From NCBI GenBank assembly GCA_031970715.1, contig DALYHV010000001.1, positions 9,251-73,250 on the forward strand: a DNA stretch of 64,000 nucleotides, written 5' to 3'. Below, one piece after another: positions 50,041-60,726 of the stretch (position 1 is the stretch's first letter; every line of letters begins with the position of its first letter). The notes beneath the pieces were generated by a model. That model saw only the letters and a program-made list of their open reading frames with translations, had not been told where the DNA came from and ran no database searches. The stretch comes from Gallionella sp. (lineage in GTDB: Bacteria > Pseudomonadota > Gammaproteobacteria > Burkholderiales > Gallionellaceae). Position numbers and translations under genes: made by a program.

Positions 50041-53000
50041 GGGGATACTCCTGTTCGGTTGCCCGATGAAAATTCATGCCGATATTCCGCCACCAGCAGT
50101 TGGTTGATGGTTTGGGCGGTGTGGGGGTTCAAGTGGTTGGGGAGGCGCATTTTGTATTCGCCAATGACAAACGGCAGGGTGGTTCGCTCAAAATAGCTTT
50201 CGTTGCCCAGTAGCTGGGTGTTTTGCAAAACCAGTTCGTCGGTTCGGGTTTTGATGCCGGTCAACACTTCAAACAGCCCGCGTTCGCTGCTGGCGAGTGT
50301 GCCGGTTTCCCACAGTCGCTTGTGGATGCGGGCGTATTTGGCATCGCCGTGGTATTTGGCGCGAATCAATTCGTTCTGTCGGTTTAACTCTTGCGCCCGT
50401 GCCTGAATGGCATTCAACGCGCCGATGTTGGCGTTCATTTCGTCTTGCGTCACTTCGTTGAGTTTTTTGTTTTTGAACAGCCGCTCCAACTCTTCTTTCA
50501 GGGTGATGAACTTGGGGTCTTGCGGGTCGAAGTTGCCCAGCAGGGTTTCGCGTGTCCTGCGCAGGGTGTCTTTTAGCTTGCCGGCCAACACCAGCTCGGT
50601 TTCCTTGAGCTTGGTGAAGGTGAACAGCACGTCCTCCAGCGCGAGGTTGAGCAATTTGCTGCTGTCCTCACCGGATTCCAGCCGTGCCTGCAAATTGAGC
50701 ATGTCGAGGTGCAGGCTGGTTTCCCGATAAAGTTGGTTCAGTTTCTGGAAATCCAGTTGTTCGAGGAAGGAATATGCACCTTGCAAACGAATCAGGTTAT
50801 ACAGGCTGCGCGCATCGGCAAGGGCTTTTTTAAGCGCCAACACCATGCTGCGGTCGTGCATTGCGCGGATTTGCTGCGAGAAAATTTCGCTGTTTTCCGT
50901 ATCGAAGCGACACAGCATGTCCTTGATGGCTTCGATTTCCTGCTGAATTTCGGCGGGCGATTTGAATAGCTTGGAATAATGCACCATTTCGTCGCCCAAT
51001 TCGTCTTGCAGCTCCCGGAGGTAGGCTTGGTTGGTTTTGTCGAATTCGGTACTGATGTCCGCAAAATCAACCACATAGCCATAGCGAAAATCCTTGTAGG
51101 GACGATTGACGCGGGTCAGGGCTTGCAACAAATTGTGGTTGCGGATGACGCGTCCCAGGTAGAGTTTTTTCAGCCGCTTGGCATCAAAACCGGTCAGCAG
51201 CATGTTGTTAACGAACAGCAGGTCAATTTTGCCCGCTTTGAAATCTTTGATCCATTGATCGCGTTCAGTTTTGCTGCCGACATCATGCAAAATCAGCGCG
51301 CCGGTTTTCACCGCGTGGTTGCGCTGAATGCGAGCGGCGTAACCCTCTATATCGCGCATGGCAAGCATGACTTGCGACCCATCTTGAATGGCGTTGCGTG
51401 GCTCGGCATAGCGGGCGTTGAAAATCTCGAACATCTGCTTGGCTTGTTCGTTGCTGTCGCAAATCACCATGCCGCCGATGCTTGAATCGCCCCATATCCT
51501 GCGGCTGTTTTCAAAATCCTGGATGATGTAATCCAGCATCGGCTCGACAAACTGCGGGTGGGCATAGAGTTGTCGGCGGTCAAAATCGCCCTGCTTGAGC
51601 GCAATCGCCGCAATGGCTTCCTGTAGCGAGAGTTTGTAATGGGTTTCAATTTCTTCGCGGATCAGGCGCAGGGTGTAGCCGTCGGCGATGGAGGCGTTGT
51701 AGTAATACTTGTGGATGTAGTCGCCGAACAGGGCGCGGGAGTTGTAGTCCTCGCCCAACAGCGGCGTGCCGGTCAAGCCGATTTGAATGGCGTTTGGGTC
51801 GGACGCTTGCAAATTGGCGAGGAAACTGCCCTTGGGGTTGTAACTGCGGTGCACTTCGTCCAGAAAATAAACACGTTGGATGCTGAGGTCGTAATCCTCG
51901 GCGCGCACCACTGCGGGGTCATCCTTGAATTTCTGGATATTGACCACGGTAATTTCCGGCTTGCCGCTGTGGTTGTGTACGGCTTGATTGGCCCGGATGT
52001 CGCGGACAAAGGCTTCGCGGCTGTCGATGGAATGCACGGTCAGGTCGCGGGCTTCAAACTCACGGCTGGCCTGGGTCAGCAAGTCGATGCGATCCACGAT
52101 GAAGTAGAACTTGGGCACCACGCCGCGCTGTTGAAAATAGTCGGTTAGAAAACGGGTGTTGTAATACGCCAAGGCCGTTTTGCCGCTGCCCTGGGTGTGC
52201 CAGATGATGCCCTTGCGCAATCCGGCATTGAGTTTGCGCTCAATGGCCTGCGTAGCAAAAATCTGCGGGTAGCGCATGACGTGCTTGTGCATGCCGTCGC
52301 TTTCCTTCACATACACCAGTGCAAAACGCAGCAAAAAGGCCAGCCGTTCTCGGCTGAACAGCGAGGTGCAAATGCGGTTGGTTGGGGTGTCGGGCGATTT
52401 GTTGGTTTGAAATTCCGGGCTGTGCTTGATGCCGCTGAGGTTGTTGTCGCGCAGCACGGCATTTTCCAGCGCGTCATCTGCCTCCGCCAGCAAGATGGAG
52501 GGTGCCGCTTCTTCGCGGAAAAAATTAAAAATGGGCGCGCTGTAGGACGAGCTGGCGTAGAACGCGCCTTCTATGGGCTGCGACGCATCCTCGGCATAGT
52601 CCATGTTGTTGGAAAACACCATCAACTGGGTGAGGTTGATAAAACGCCGGAAGCGCGGGTTGCGGCTGCGGGTGATGATGCGTTCACGTTCGGCCAGCAT
52701 GCCGTCACGGTTGTTGGGCTTTTTGACTTCGATAAACGCCAGCGGCAGGCCGTTAATCAACAGCGTGATGTCCGGGCGAAATTCGTCATCGCCATTCTTG
52801 CAGGGCAGCTCGGTGACAACGTGAAAGGTGTTGTTGTCGAAATTTTCAAAATCAATCAGGCGCTTGCCGGAGCGAGTGGTGAGCATTTCATAAAATGCCT
52901 GGCCGAGGTCTTCATTTTGCAACGACAGTTTTACGTCACTCAGCAAACGCTCGATGTCGGCGGACAGGATGTCGGGATTGATACGGGCGATGGCTGCATG

Positions 53001-53129
53001 AAACAGGTTGGAGAAGATGTTGCAGTCCTCATCCCATCTCGCATCCTTGAGCGACAAGTAGGTGTAGCCCAGCCGCATCAGATGCAGAATGCAGGGAATT
53101 TTTACCCGTGAATCTTCGTTGAAAATCAT
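50034..53129 (-). CDS. hsdR: type I restriction endonuclease subunit R
   Basis: Start moved to the ATG at 53129 (MIFNEDSRVKIPCILHLMRLGYTYL). Helicase motifs TQGSGKT and FLDEVH. 1031 aa. Overlaps hsdM by 7 nt. Confidence 0.92.
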   Translation of the reverse strand: MIFNEDSRVKIPCILHLMRLGYTYLSLKDARWDEDCNIFSNLFHAAIARINPDILSADIERLLSDVKLSLQNEDLGQAFYEMLTTRSGKRLIDFENFDNNTFHVVTELPCKNGDDEFRPDITLLINGLPLAFIEVKKPNNRDGMLAERERIITRSRNPRFRRFINLTQLMVFSNNMDYAEDASQPIEGAFYASSSYSAPIFNFFREEAAPSILLAEADDALENAVLRDNNLSGIKHSPEFQTNKSPDTPTNRICTSLFSRERLAFLLRFALVYVKESDGMHKHVMRYPQIFATQAIERKLNAGLRKGIIWHTQGSGKTALAYYNTRFLTDYFQQRGVVPKFYFIVDRIDLLTQASREFEARDLTVHSIDSREAFVRDIRANQAVHNHSGKPEITVVNIQKFKDDPAVVRAEDYDLSIQRVYFLDEVHRSYNPKGSFLANLQASDPNAIQIGLTGTPLLGEDYNSRALFGDYIHKYYYNASIADGYTLRLIREEIETHYKLSLQEAIAAIALKQGDFDRRQLYAHPQFVEPMLDYIIQDFENSRRIWGDSSIGGMVICDSNEQAKQMFEIFNARYAEPRNAIQDGSQVMLAMRDIEGYAARIQRNHAVKTGALILHDVGSKTERDQWIKDFKAGKIDLLFVNNMLLTGFDAKRLKKLYLGRVIRNHNLLQALTRVNRPYKDFRYGYVVDFADISTEFDKTNQAYLRELQDELGDEMVHYSKLFKSPAEIQQEIEAIKDMLCRFDTENSEIFSQQIRAMHDRSMVLALKKALADARSLYNLIRLQGAYSFLEQLDFQKLNQLYRETSLHLDMLNLQARLESGEDSSKLLNLALEDVLFTFTKLKETELVLAGKLKDTLRRTRETLLGNFDPQDPKFITLKEELERLFKNKKLNEVTQDEMNANIGALNAIQARAQELNRQNELIRAKYHGDAKYARIHKRLWETGTLASSERGLFEVLTGIKTRTDELVLQNTQLLGNESYFERTTLPFVIGEYKMRLPNHLNPHTAQTINQLLVAEYRHEFSSGNRTGVSPW

Positions 53130-53436
53130 CGCTCCGTCCTTGTGTACTGGCTTGCCAGGGCAGGCATCATAAGGGGTTTGCCGACATTGTGCCATCCGTG
53201 GGCAGGCATAAGGGGTAGCTGCTGCTGCGCCCGCCGGTTTCGGCTTTGCACTATAGGCCGTGGGCAATCAGGTCGCTGAGGTTGCAGCAAATTGGCCAAA
53301 CACGCTTTTCCCGGAAAAAATTTATTCTCCGCATTTTGCGCGGCGATTGCGCCGGATATTCGCCGCACGGAGCGGTGTGTCCCAACCCGGTAACCACCGC
53401 AGGTATAATGCGCCGACTTTTGTGCGAGGGGCGATC

Positions 53437-54744
53437 ATGCAGCAGACTCATTTTGATGTGGCCATTATCGGCGGCGGGCCGACGGGCGCGGCGTTGGCGC
53501 TGGCGTTGCGCGGCAGCGGTTTGCAAGTGGCGGTACTGGAGGCGCGGCCTGCCGGGGTGGCGAGTACCGATGTGCGGGCGCTGGCCTTGTCGTATGGCAG
53601 CCGCTTGTTGCTGGATCGGTTGGGGGTGTGGGACACGCTGCATCCGGTGTCGGCGATACGCACCATTCACATTTCGCAGCAGCGCAGTTTTGGCCGCGCC
53701 AAGTTGCGCGCTGCCGAAATGAAAGTGCCGGAGTTGGGCTATGTGTTGCCGTATGCCACGCTGCAAAACGGGCTGGATGCGGCGCTGCATGCCAGTGGGG
53801 GGGATGGTTTCAGCCCAAGCCACTTGTCCCCTCCCCCTTGCAGGGGGAGGGATAGGGAGGGGGTAGAAACATTGCAATCCGACGACTCTACCCCCATCCC
53901 AACCTTCCCCCTGCAAGGGGGAAGGAGCGGTTTGGCTGGGATTTCTATCTTCAATCAGGCGCAGGTGTCGGCCTTGCGCGGCGAAGATGGGCAGGCGGTG
54001 CTGACTTGGCAACAGGCGGGGGGCGAGGCGCAGACCTTGACCGCCAAGCTGGCCGTGGTGGCAGATGGCGGCAAGTTGCTGGCGCAGCAATTTCCGCCCA
54101 CTTTCCACGATTACGGCCAAAGTGCGGTGATTGCTCATTTGACCGTGGCTGCGCCACAGCCCGACACCGCCTTTGAGCGCTTTACGCCGCAAGGCCCGGT
54201 GGCGCTGTTGCCGTATCAGGATGGCTACGAGTTGGTGTGGACGGCCCCGCACGAGCAGGCGCAAGCCATGTTGCACTGGGACGAGGCGCACTTTTTGCAA
54301 ACTTTACACGCGCATTTTGGCGACCGGGTGGGCGCATTCCGCAGCGTCGGCGCGCGCAGTTGTTTCCCGCTGGGGCTGAAACGCGCCCCGACGCAAACCC
54401 CCATGCCGCACACCGTGTTGCTGGGCAATGCCGCGCAGACCTTGCACCCGGTGGCCGGGCAGGGCTTCAACATGGGCGTGCGCGATGCCTGGGAATTGGC
54501 ACAGGTGATTCTGGACAGCGACCCGGCGCAACTCGGCACGGCGGCCATGCTGGCGCGCTATGTCGAACAGCGCAAACTGGATCGCAGCGGCGGCATACGT
54601 TTTACCGACGGGTTGGTGCGGCTGTTCTCCAACGACCTGCCGCTGCTGAAACCGGCGCGTGCGGCGGCCTTGAGCGTGCTGGACTCGGTGCCGTTGGCCA
54701 AGCGTTTCGTCGCCAAACGCATGATGTTTGGGGCGAATGGTTAA
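53437..54744 (+). CDS. UbiH/UbiF/VisC/COQ6-family FAD-dependent hydroxylase (with in-frame repeat insertion)
   Basis: Start moved to the ATG at 53437 (MQQTHFDVAIIGGGPTGAALALAL, a GxGxxG motif). C-terminal GNAAQTLHPVAGQGFNMGVRD block. Confidence 0.88.
   Translation: MQQTHFDVAIIGGGPTGAALALALRGSGLQVAVLEARPAGVASTDVRALALSYGSRLLLDRLGVWDTLHPVSAIRTIHISQQRSFGRAKLRAAEMKVPELGYVLPYATLQNGLDAALHASGGDGFSPSHLSPPPCRGRDREGVETLQSDDSTPIPTFPLQGGRSGLAGISIFNQAQVSALRGEDGQAVLTWQQAGGEAQTLTAKLAVVADGGKLLAQQFPPTFHDYGQSAVIAHLTVAAPQPDTAFERFTPQGPVALLPYQDGYELVWTAPHEQAQAMLHWDEAHFLQTLHAHFGDRVGAFRSVGARSCFPLGLKRAPTQTPMPHTVLLGNAAQTLHPVAGQGFNMGVRDAWELAQVILDSDPAQLGTAAMLARYVEQRKLDRSGGIRFTDGLVRLFSNDLPLLKPARAAALSVLDSVPLAKRFVAKRMMFGANG
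53797..53940 (+). repeat. G/C-rich multi-hairpin palindromic element embedded in-frame in the hydroxylase gene (boundaries approximate)
   Basis: Perfect hairpins CCTCCCCCT-TGC-AGGGGGAGG (53830-53850) and CCTTCCCCCT-GCA-AGGGGGAAGG (53903-53925). A central imperfect pair GGGAGGGGGTAG / CTACCCCCATCCC lies between them. Confidence 0.75.
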
Positions 54745-54764
54745 CCTGTTGACGCCGCATCAAT

Positions 54765-54799
54765 AAAAAACCGGCCTGCGTGAGACAGGCCGGTTTTTT
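54765..54799 (+). terminator. rho-independent (bidirectional) terminator after the hydroxylase gene
   Basis: AAAAAA-CCGGCCTG-CGTGAGA-CAGGCCGG-TTTTTT. Confidence 0.8.
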
Positions 54800-54904
54800 G
54801 TACGTGCTTGGGCAGATTTTTTGGGAACCCCGATTAAACCCGTTCGCCCTGAGCTGGTCGAAGGGCGCTTGGCGTTGACTTCTCCGTTCATGGTTCGACA
54901 AGCT

Positions 54905-54987
54905 CACCACGAACGGAGACTAAATCCCACCACGAACGGAGACTAAATCCCACCATGAACGGAGACTAAATCCCACCATGAACGGAG
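54905..54987 (+). repeat. 23-bp tandem repeat, about 3.6 copies
   Basis: Unit CACCA(C/T)GAACGGAGACTAAATCC at 54905, 54928 and 54951, plus a partial copy at 54974. Confidence 0.9.
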
Positions 54988-54991
54988 GCGT

Positions 54992-55013
54992 AGCGCTTCC
55001 TTAAGGAAGCGCT
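54992..55013. repeat. perfect 22-bp palindrome AGCGCTTCCTTAAGGAAGCGCT
   Basis: Read directly. Followed at about 55034-55050 by a second small hairpin, TTTTGCC-AA-GGCAAAA, plus CGCTTTTTT. Confidence 0.85.
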
Positions 55014-55118
55014 GATTTATTCGGTTTTGTTGTTTTTGCCAAGGCAAAACGCTTTTTTAGCAAGGCGCTAGATTCCGGCCTTCGCCGGTATGACGAATCA
55101 ATCAGCGCCTCCCTAAAA

Positions 55119-55160
55119 CTCCAAACCTCCAACTCCAAACCTCCAACTCCAAACCCCCAA
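55119..55160. repeat. 14-bp tandem repeat x3 abutting the maeB stop codon
   Basis: CTCCAAACCTCCAA, CTCCAAACCTCCAA, CTCCAAACCCCCAA. The maeB stop is at 55164-55166. Confidence 0.9.
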
Positions 55161-55163
55161 CTT

Positions 55164-57434
<2,271 letters not shown>

Positions 57435-57457
57435 GGTGAGGTATGAGTTGGTGGTTG

Positions 57458-57555
57458 GTAGGGTGGGTTCGCGTAGCAACCCACCATTTCCCGGGTCGCG
57501 TACCGGCCTTGTTTTGGGAAAAAACGGTGGATTGCCTGCGGCGAATCCACCCTAC
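57458..57555. repeat. inverted pair of REP-like hairpins (GTAGGGTGGGTTCGCGTAGCAACCCACC ... GGTGGATTGCCTGCGGCGAATCCACCCTAC)
   Basis: Copies at 57458-57485 and 57526-57555 in opposite orientation. They share the GTAGGGTG head with the other REP family in the window. Confidence 0.75.
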
Positions 57556-57564
57556 GTCGGGGTT

Positions 57565-58557
57565 TTAACTGAAAAAGGCCGTGACGGCAGCAGCGGGCAA
57601 TTCCACCCCGGTCAAGCGTGCCTTGCGCAGCACGTCCCAGAAGTAGCGATAGGTGGCGCGGTCGTGCAATTCACCTTCGTACTGAATCGGGCCCCAATCG
57701 GCGGCTTGCGCAGCCAGCAGAATGTTGCTGGCGTCGGTCACTTCGTGATAGGCCGGTTTCATGGCATCCACGATGGCGGTGATTTGCGTGGGGTAAATGC
57801 TCCACATGCGCAAAAAGCCGAATTCGTTGCGCGCGCGGCTGGCGTCCGAGAAGGTGGTGGCGGTGTTCTTCAGATCCAGTGTCACGTTGTGCGCGGGCAC
57901 CACGCCATTGGCCAAGGCGGCGGCGACCACTTCGCTCTTGGCACGTGCCAACAGGCGATGGTCAAACTGGCCAGGGCTGCGCATGGCGACGGCGGGAATC
58001 GCGCCGTGGTGTGCGCTGACAAAATCCATTAGACCAAAGTCCAGCACTTGCAACCAAGGCAGCGCGGCGATTTCGTGCACATCGCGCAGCGCGCCGTGGG
58101 TTTCAATCAGGATGTGTACCGGAATTTCGCGCTCGATTTTGTTGGCCTGCGCCACTTGCTGGATGTAGGCAATCATCTCGGCAGCCTGTTCCTTTGCGGT
58201 GCACTTGGGGATGGTCAGGTAGGCCAGCACTTGCCCTGCGCCGCCGACCAGAATATCCACGTCCTGCCGCCAGGCGGGATGGGTGTAGTCATGCACCCGC
58301 GCCCCAGCCATCTGGTGTTTGTTTGCGTCGGAAGTCAGTACGCGCACGATCATCTCGGCGTGTTCGCGTTCCTGCCCGGCGGCGGCGCCGTCCTCGCAGT
58401 CGCAAGTAATATCAAAAATCGGCCCCAGCGTGTCTTGCAGCGCCAAGGCTTTCTGAATCAGTTTTTCGCTCCCGGCGAAATGTTCACAACCGGGGATGAT
58501 GGGAAAAGGCTTCTCGCCTCCGAACAGGGCTTGAGTTGGGTGAACGGCGGTGGTCAT
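57565..58557 (-). CDS. CitE/HpcH-superfamily CoA-ester lyase-like protein (paralogue 1)
   Basis: 330 aa. FDITCDCEDGAAAG, HILIETHGAL and VLDFGLMDF blocks resemble the metal/substrate motifs of citrate-lyase-beta/malyl-CoA-lyase proteins. Confidence 0.65.
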   Translation of the reverse strand: MTTAVHPTQALFGGEKPFPIIPGCEHFAGSEKLIQKALALQDTLGPIFDITCDCEDGAAAGQEREHAEMIVRVLTSDANKHQMAGARVHDYTHPAWRQDVDILVGGAGQVLAYLTIPKCTAKEQAAEMIAYIQQVAQANKIEREIPVHILIETHGALRDVHEIAALPWLQVLDFGLMDFVSAHHGAIPAVAMRSPGQFDHRLLARAKSEVVAAALANGVVPAHNVTLDLKNTATTFSDASRARNEFGFLRMWSIYPTQITAIVDAMKPAYHEVTDASNILLAAQAADWGPIQYEGELHDRATYRYFWDVLRKARLTGVELPAAAVTAFFS

Positions 58558-58570
58558 GGTGAACTCCTTA

Positions 58571-58703
58571 GTTGTTAGCGGCTAGTCGTTAGCTGTTAGT
58601 CGTTAGTCATTAGCGGCTAGTCGTTAGCTGTGAGTTGATTCAGTGTCGTGGCGTTGCAATCCACGGAACCAACCAGGCGCTAACGACTAGGTGCTAACGA
58701 CTA
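58571..58703. repeat. array of TAGTCGTTAG 10-mers: three direct copies, two inverted copies, and a perfect 21-nt direct repeat
   Basis: TAGTCGTTAG at 58583, 58597 and 58618. CTAACGACTA at 58680 and 58694. TAGCGGCTAGTCGTTAGCTGT at 58576-58596 and 58611-58631. Confidence 0.9.
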
Positions 58704-59783
58704 TTTTCGAGGCAAAAACACGGTGTAATCCAAGTCGAGTACGACATTGGGGTGATAGACCTGCTTGCCGTTCTTGTCGATATGGCTGCCAGCCAGGCTG
58801 GCGGCGGGTTGGTTTTTCACCCCGACCATGCGCAGGCGCAACGCGCCTACGTCTGGGTGGCCGGGCAGTTCCCAGCGTTCCAGCACTTCTGTCCAGGTGT
58901 AGAAGGTGTCGCCGCCAAAGCTGGGGTTGCAGTGCGTGCCGGCGTTGATCGCGGCGATACCCAGCACATTTTCCAGTCCGTCGTAGGACAGGGCGCGGCA
59001 GACAGAAATGACGTGACCGCCATACATCAACCGCCGCCCGAAGGGCGTCTGCTGCATCATCTGGGCATCAAAATGCAGTCGGGCGTTGTTTTGGTACAGC
59101 TTGGTCGCCAGGGTGTGGTCGCTGTCGTCCACGGTCATCCCCGCCGGATGGTTGATGCGCTCGCCCACGGCGTAGTCGTCCCACAGGCGTTGTCCGCCCG
59201 TCACCGCCGTTTCAAATTGTGCCGCATCCAGAAAGGCCGGAATGTGCAAATCCTCCAGCGGCACCACACGCGGCAAGTCGGGTACCACGGCTTCTGGCGC
59301 GGGGCAGCTCAAGTCCTGTTTATGCACCATCACCCAGCGCTTCCATTCCAGCACCGTTTGCTGATTCTGGTTTTGGCTGACCGAATGCACATACACCACG
59401 CCATTGCTGCCATTGGAATTCTGTTTCAAGCCAATCACGGTCGACGTGGTGCTGAGGGTGTCACCGGCATACACCGGGGCCAGGAATTTCACCTCGGCAT
59501 AGCCCAGATTGGCCACGGCGTTGACGGAAATATCCGGCACGGTTTTGCCGAAGGCGATGTGGAAGGCCAGCAAATCGTCGATGGTGCGGCTGCGATAGCC
59601 CAGCGCATGCGCCACTGGCTCGGCGCAGTGCAGAATGTGGCGGCTGCCGGTCAGCGCAATATACAGCGCGGCATCGCCTTCGCTAATGGTGCGCGGTGTG
59701 GCGTGGTGCAACACCTGACCCAGATGAAAATCTTCAAAAAAATTGCCGCGCCCCGGTGCGCGGACGGTGCTTTGCTCAGACAT
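58701..59783 (-). CDS. MaoC-family (double hot-dog) enoyl-CoA hydratase, mesaconyl/itaconyl-CoA hydratase-like
   Basis: Start moved to the ATG at 59783 (MSEQSTVRAPGRGNFFEDFHLGQVL...). 360 aa. Overlaps the upstream lyase gene by 8 nt. Confidence 0.7.
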   Translation of the reverse strand: MSEQSTVRAPGRGNFFEDFHLGQVLHHATPRTISEGDAALYIALTGSRHILHCAEPVAHALGYRSRTIDDLLAFHIAFGKTVPDISVNAVANLGYAEVKFLAPVYAGDTLSTTSTVIGLKQNSNGSNGVVYVHSVSQNQNQQTVLEWKRWVMVHKQDLSCPAPEAVVPDLPRVVPLEDLHIPAFLDAAQFETAVTGGQRLWDDYAVGERINHPAGMTVDDSDHTLATKLYQNNARLHFDAQMMQQTPFGRRLMYGGHVISVCRALSYDGLENVLGIAAINAGTHCNPSFGGDTFYTWTEVLERWELPGHPDVGALRLRMVGVKNQPAASLAGSHIDKNGKQVYHPNVVLDLDYTVFLPRK

Positions 59784-60657
59784 TGGCGGCCTCCAGTTTT
59801 GCAATCATTTCACTCAGGGCCAGCATGCGCTTGGCCGCTTTGACATGGTGGCGTTCCACCAGTCGGTCATTCACCACCACCGTGCCGCGCCCGGCGGCAT
59901 TGGCTTCCGACAGCGCGCTGATGATTTCACGCGCGGCCTTGACTTCGGTGGGCTTGGGTTTGAAGGCGTCGTTGGCATACGCCAATTGCATGGGGTGTAC
60001 CAGCGATTTGCCATCAAAGCCCAAATCGCGTCCTAAGCGGCAAGCGTATTCAAACGCGGCGATGTCCTTGATTTGATTGTTGTTGCCGTCCACCACATTG
60101 CGGTGATAGGCGCGCGCCGCTAGCACCACCAGTGACAAGCTGGTCAGAATGGGCATGCGGTCGGGCGTGACGCGGGCATTCATTTGCGAAATCAGTTGCG
60201 AGGTGGCGATCACCATGCAACTGATGCGCTCCGACGCGCTGGCGATTTCTTCCGCATGCAGTACCGCCAGCGGCGTTTCGATCATCACCATGATGGGCAA
60301 ATCCTGTCCGCCCGCCTGATCCAGTGCGGCCAGCGCGGACAGCACATCGGCGCGGCTTTCGATATTGCTGAACAGAATCGCATCGGCACCAATGTTGGCC
60401 ACCGCGCGGATGTCGTCATGTCCCCAAGGCGAATCCAGGTCGTTCACCCGCACCACCACTTCGCGCTGGCCGTAGCCGCCTTCCCGAATCGCGTTGACCA
60501 CGTTCTGGCGGGAAATTTCCTTGGCCGAGAACAGAATCGGGTCGCCCAGATCGAAAATCAGCGAATCCGCCGGCAGGCTGCGCGCTTTTTCCAGATAGCG
60601 CGTGTTGCATCCCGGCACGTACAGCATGGAGCGGCGGGGTCGGAAATGATGGTTCAT
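59776..60657 (-). CDS. CitE/HpcH-superfamily CoA-ester lyase-like protein (paralogue 2, divergent motifs)
   Basis: Start moved to the ATG at 60657 (MNHHFRPRRSMLYVPG...). LIFDLGDP replaces the usual DLED, and the IETP block is present. 293 aa. Confidence 0.7.
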   Translation of the reverse strand: MNHHFRPRRSMLYVPGCNTRYLEKARSLPADSLIFDLGDPILFSAKEISRQNVVNAIREGGYGQREVVVRVNDLDSPWGHDDIRAVANIGADAILFSNIESRADVLSALAALDQAGGQDLPIMVMIETPLAVLHAEEIASASERISCMVIATSQLISQMNARVTPDRMPILTSLSLVVLAARAYHRNVVDGNNNQIKDIAAFEYACRLGRDLGFDGKSLVHPMQLAYANDAFKPKPTEVKAAREIISALSEANAAGRGTVVVNDRLVERHHVKAAKRMLALSEMIAKLEAANV

Positions 60658-60726
60658 GGTGCTCTCCAGGGGGTTGATAAAGGGTGAAAGCATTCTATGC
60701 ACAGGCATTTGTGCTGTCAATAAATC

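Noticed and set aside
54905-54987. Possible CRISPR array suggested by the regularly repeated 23-bp unit
   Set aside because: The units are directly tandem with no spacers. There are only about 3.6 copies, no cas genes are in the window, and the unit is shorter than typical CRISPR repeats. It is called a tandem repeat instead.
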